Of a DNA stretch of 64,000 nucleotides, positions 62,233 to 64,000 are shown one piece after another. The notes beneath the pieces are model-generated. The model did not search any database, was not told the DNA's origin, and was given only the letters and a program-made list of their open reading frames with translations. The position numbers were made by a program, and so were the translations under genes. The stretch covers positions 17,344 to 81,343 of the forward strand of contig DAOUBD010000012.1 of assembly GCA_034432935.1 (NCBI GenBank), given 5' to 3'. This DNA comes from Dehalococcoidia bacterium (GTDB lineage: Bacteria > Chloroflexota > Dehalococcoidia > SM23-28-2 > RBG-16-64-32). Position 1 is the first letter of the stretch, and every line of letters starts with the position of its first letter.

Positions 62233-63768
62233 CTATTGGCTAGTCGTCGCAACCACCTCCACCTCCTCGGTGGTCTCCCTCCCTTCGGACGCCACCAGGG
62301 CGCTACTGACAAGGCCTAACAGACCCCGCCATGTCAACGCCCTAAGCATCCCAACGAAGCCGATGAGCCCGGTGGGGAGGAAGAGCACGATAAGTATTAG
62401 GAACGCCCCGGCCATGGCGCCTCGCAGCGTCACCAACTGAAGGTCTGCTGTTACGGCGCGAAAGGCCCAGGCGAAGACGAACGCCAACACCACGACGCCG
62501 GCTGGCCGCGCGAGGCTCAGGACCGCTGGCCCCAGGCGCGGGTGTAGCAGTGACCCGACGCGGCGAATCTGGGCGTTCAACCAGCCGTTACGCAACAGCA
62601 CAACCGCTGCTAGCAACAGGCCCACCATCACCAGGTACGTGTCGGAGCCCTGCTCGGTATCCACCGACACCGTTTCCAGCCCCTCCCTGTACACGTAGAC
62701 CAGAAAGAAGGCGCCGATTAGAGAACCGGGAATGGACGCCATCCCGCCGATGACCATGGCCAGCAAGAGTTCTATGGACATGAGCACCGAAAACGAGTCC
62801 GGGGACACGAACCGGTTGCCAATGATGAACAGAAAGGCCCCGGCAAATCCGGCGTAGGCTGAGCTGATGGCGAATGCTGCCAGTTTTGTAGCCGGCACAT
62901 TGACGCCTGTCGCCGCCGCAGCCAGCTCGTTATCCCGGACCGCCCGGAAGGCGCGTCCCACTGCTGAGCCCAAGAGGTTGTTCAGGAGCAAGACGCCGGC
63001 GCCCAGAGACAGCATCGTCAGCAGGTAGTACCAGCGTGCGTCCGATAGCCATCCCCAGTCCACCGGCGGCCCGAAGGACCTGGTGAAGAGGTTGATGCCG
63101 CCGCGCCCGCCCGTGATGCTGGCCAACTCCTCTAGCTTCATCACGGGAGTGAAGACCACCGCCAGGCCCAGGGTAGCGATGGCGAGATAGGGTCCGCTGA
63201 GCCGCAACGCTGGTATGCCTATAAGCAGTCCCGCCAAGGCAGCAGCGAGGGTAGCGATTATGACGGCGAGGGTGATGTTGACGTCCCATTCATGCACCAA
63301 AATGGCGGTGCCGTAGCCACCGATGCCCATGAACGCCGAGTGACCGATCGACCCTTGGCCTGTGTACCCAGTCAAGAGGTTTAGGCCCAGAAGAGAAACG
63401 GCGGTGTAGGCGGCCACCGCCATCTGGCTAGTGCGAAAATCGTCTTCCGCTATGAAGGGCGCGACTACAGCGAGGCCCACGATGACCAGCAGCCAGGCCA
63501 CCTGCCCGCCATGCCCCCCTTTGAGTGCCAGCAACCGGCTCAGGACCATTCCCGCCAGAACGCCACCGGCAGCCGCGGCCACCGCAGCCACACCGTGGGG
63601 CGCGTTCGTCAGCTCGCTCAAGGCAGGAGAGAGCTCTCCTCGCGCCAGATGAGAAACAAGCTTGGGAACGCTGACCCCGCCCAGAAACGCGAAGAAGTAC
63701 AGCGCGAAGACGAGGCCAGCGACCTCCGCGGGGGTCGGCGCCAGCGAACGGGCAGAGCGGGCCATCAT
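62233..63768 (-). CDS. livM: Branched-chain-amino-acid-type ABC permease, extended
   Basis: GLNLLTGYTGQ.SIGHSAFMGIGGY, ALRLSGPYLAIATL, GRAFRAVRDNE.AA...GVN, K..AF.ISS, GG..S..G. Confidence 0.88.
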   Translation of the reverse strand: MMARSARSLAPTPAEVAGLVFALYFFAFLGGVSVPKLVSHLARGELSPALSELTNAPHGVAAVAAAAGGVLAGMVLSRLLALKGGHGGQVAWLLVIVGLAVVAPFIAEDDFRTSQMAVAAYTAVSLLGLNLLTGYTGQGSIGHSAFMGIGGYGTAILVHEWDVNITLAVIIATLAAALAGLLIGIPALRLSGPYLAIATLGLAVVFTPVMKLEELASITGGRGGINLFTRSFGPPVDWGWLSDARWYYLLTMLSLGAGVLLLNNLLGSAVGRAFRAVRDNELAAAATGVNVPATKLAAFAISSAYAGFAGAFLFIIGNRFVSPDSFSVLMSIELLLAMVIGGMASIPGSLIGAFFLVYVYREGLETVSVDTEQGSDTYLVMVGLLLAAVVLLRNGWLNAQIRRVGSLLHPRLGPAVLSLARPAGVVVLAFVFAWAFRAVTADLQLVTLRGAMAGAFLILIVLFLPTGLIGFVGMLRALTWRGLLGLVSSALVASEGRETTEEVEVVATTSQ

Positions 63769-64000
63769 ACTCGCTGCACCGCCGGCCGGCCAAAGATGCC
63801 CCTTGGGCGTATCGCCAGTACACCCAAAATAAGGGCCATAGCGACGATATCTCGGTATTGATTCGCTTCTTTGATGTCAAAGGGCATGTGCAGGAAGTCC
63901 ACCCAGTCGTCCAGGTAAACGCCGACGAGGTTCTGTGTGACTCCCACTATGAGACCGCCGATGACTGCCCCCGGCGCGCTATCTAGGCCTCCCAGCACCG
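63765..64000 (-). CDS. livH: Branched-chain-amino-acid-type ABC permease, C-terminal fragment truncated by the window
   Basis: VLGGLDS..GAVIGGLIVG...L.IRP.GIFG. 4-bp overlap with livM. Confidence 0.85.
   Translation of the reverse strand, partial: VLGGLDSAPGAVIGGLIVGVTQNLVGVYLDDWVDFLHMPFDIKEANQYRDIVAMALILGVLAIRPRGIFGRPAVQRV

Noticed and set aside
1-64000. tRNA, rRNA, transposase, integrase, prophage or defence genes
   Set aside because: None recognised. Nearly all bases are explained by metabolic CDS and the few gaps were read individually.

Overview
GC-rich, densely coding bacterial window of about 58 CDS. It is devoted almost entirely to CoA-linked catabolism of lipophilic, probably cyclic (steroid, terpenoid or alicyclic) compounds. 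Contents: 11 class III (CaiB/BaiF) CoA-transferase-fold genes (3 tandem fusions, 14 domains), 6 acyl-CoA dehydrogenases (two alpha/beta pairs), 5 crotonases, 5 SDRs, 3 thiolase-like + DUF35 (Zn-ribbon/OB) pairs, MaoC hydratases, a three-subunit xanthine-oxidase-family Mo enzyme, two KstD-like flavoproteins, an F420-type LLM oxidoreductase, ETF, and ABC uptake parts. I found no AMP-forming acyl-CoA ligase, no recognisable ring-attacking oxygenase, no transcription factor, no tRNA/rRNA and no transposase. The lipoprotein style and gene content suggest a Chloroflexota (Dehalococcoidia-like) or actinobacterial host; this is inference only. Main findings: (1) a tandem palindromic operator (TGTMGGG-N5/6-CCCKACA x2) sits 21-22 bp upstream of a -10 box at seven intergenic sites, defining a probable activator regulon. 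(2) One of these promoters points into non-coding DNA containing a long hairpin, a candidate sRNA. (3) KstD-like enzymes, a Mo hydroxylase and a 6-oxocamphor-hydrolase-like beta-diketone hydrolase together match O2-independent ring opening (enone to 1,3-dione to seco-acid) and suggest a candidate for the ring-cleaving step. (4) A 45-46 bp double-hairpin direct repeat flanks a ~30 bp spacer. (5) Fused and split versions of the same enzymes occur in one locus. (6) A ferredoxin is fused to a phytoene-desaturase-like enzyme. All family calls come from motif reading and remembered sequences; no database search was run.
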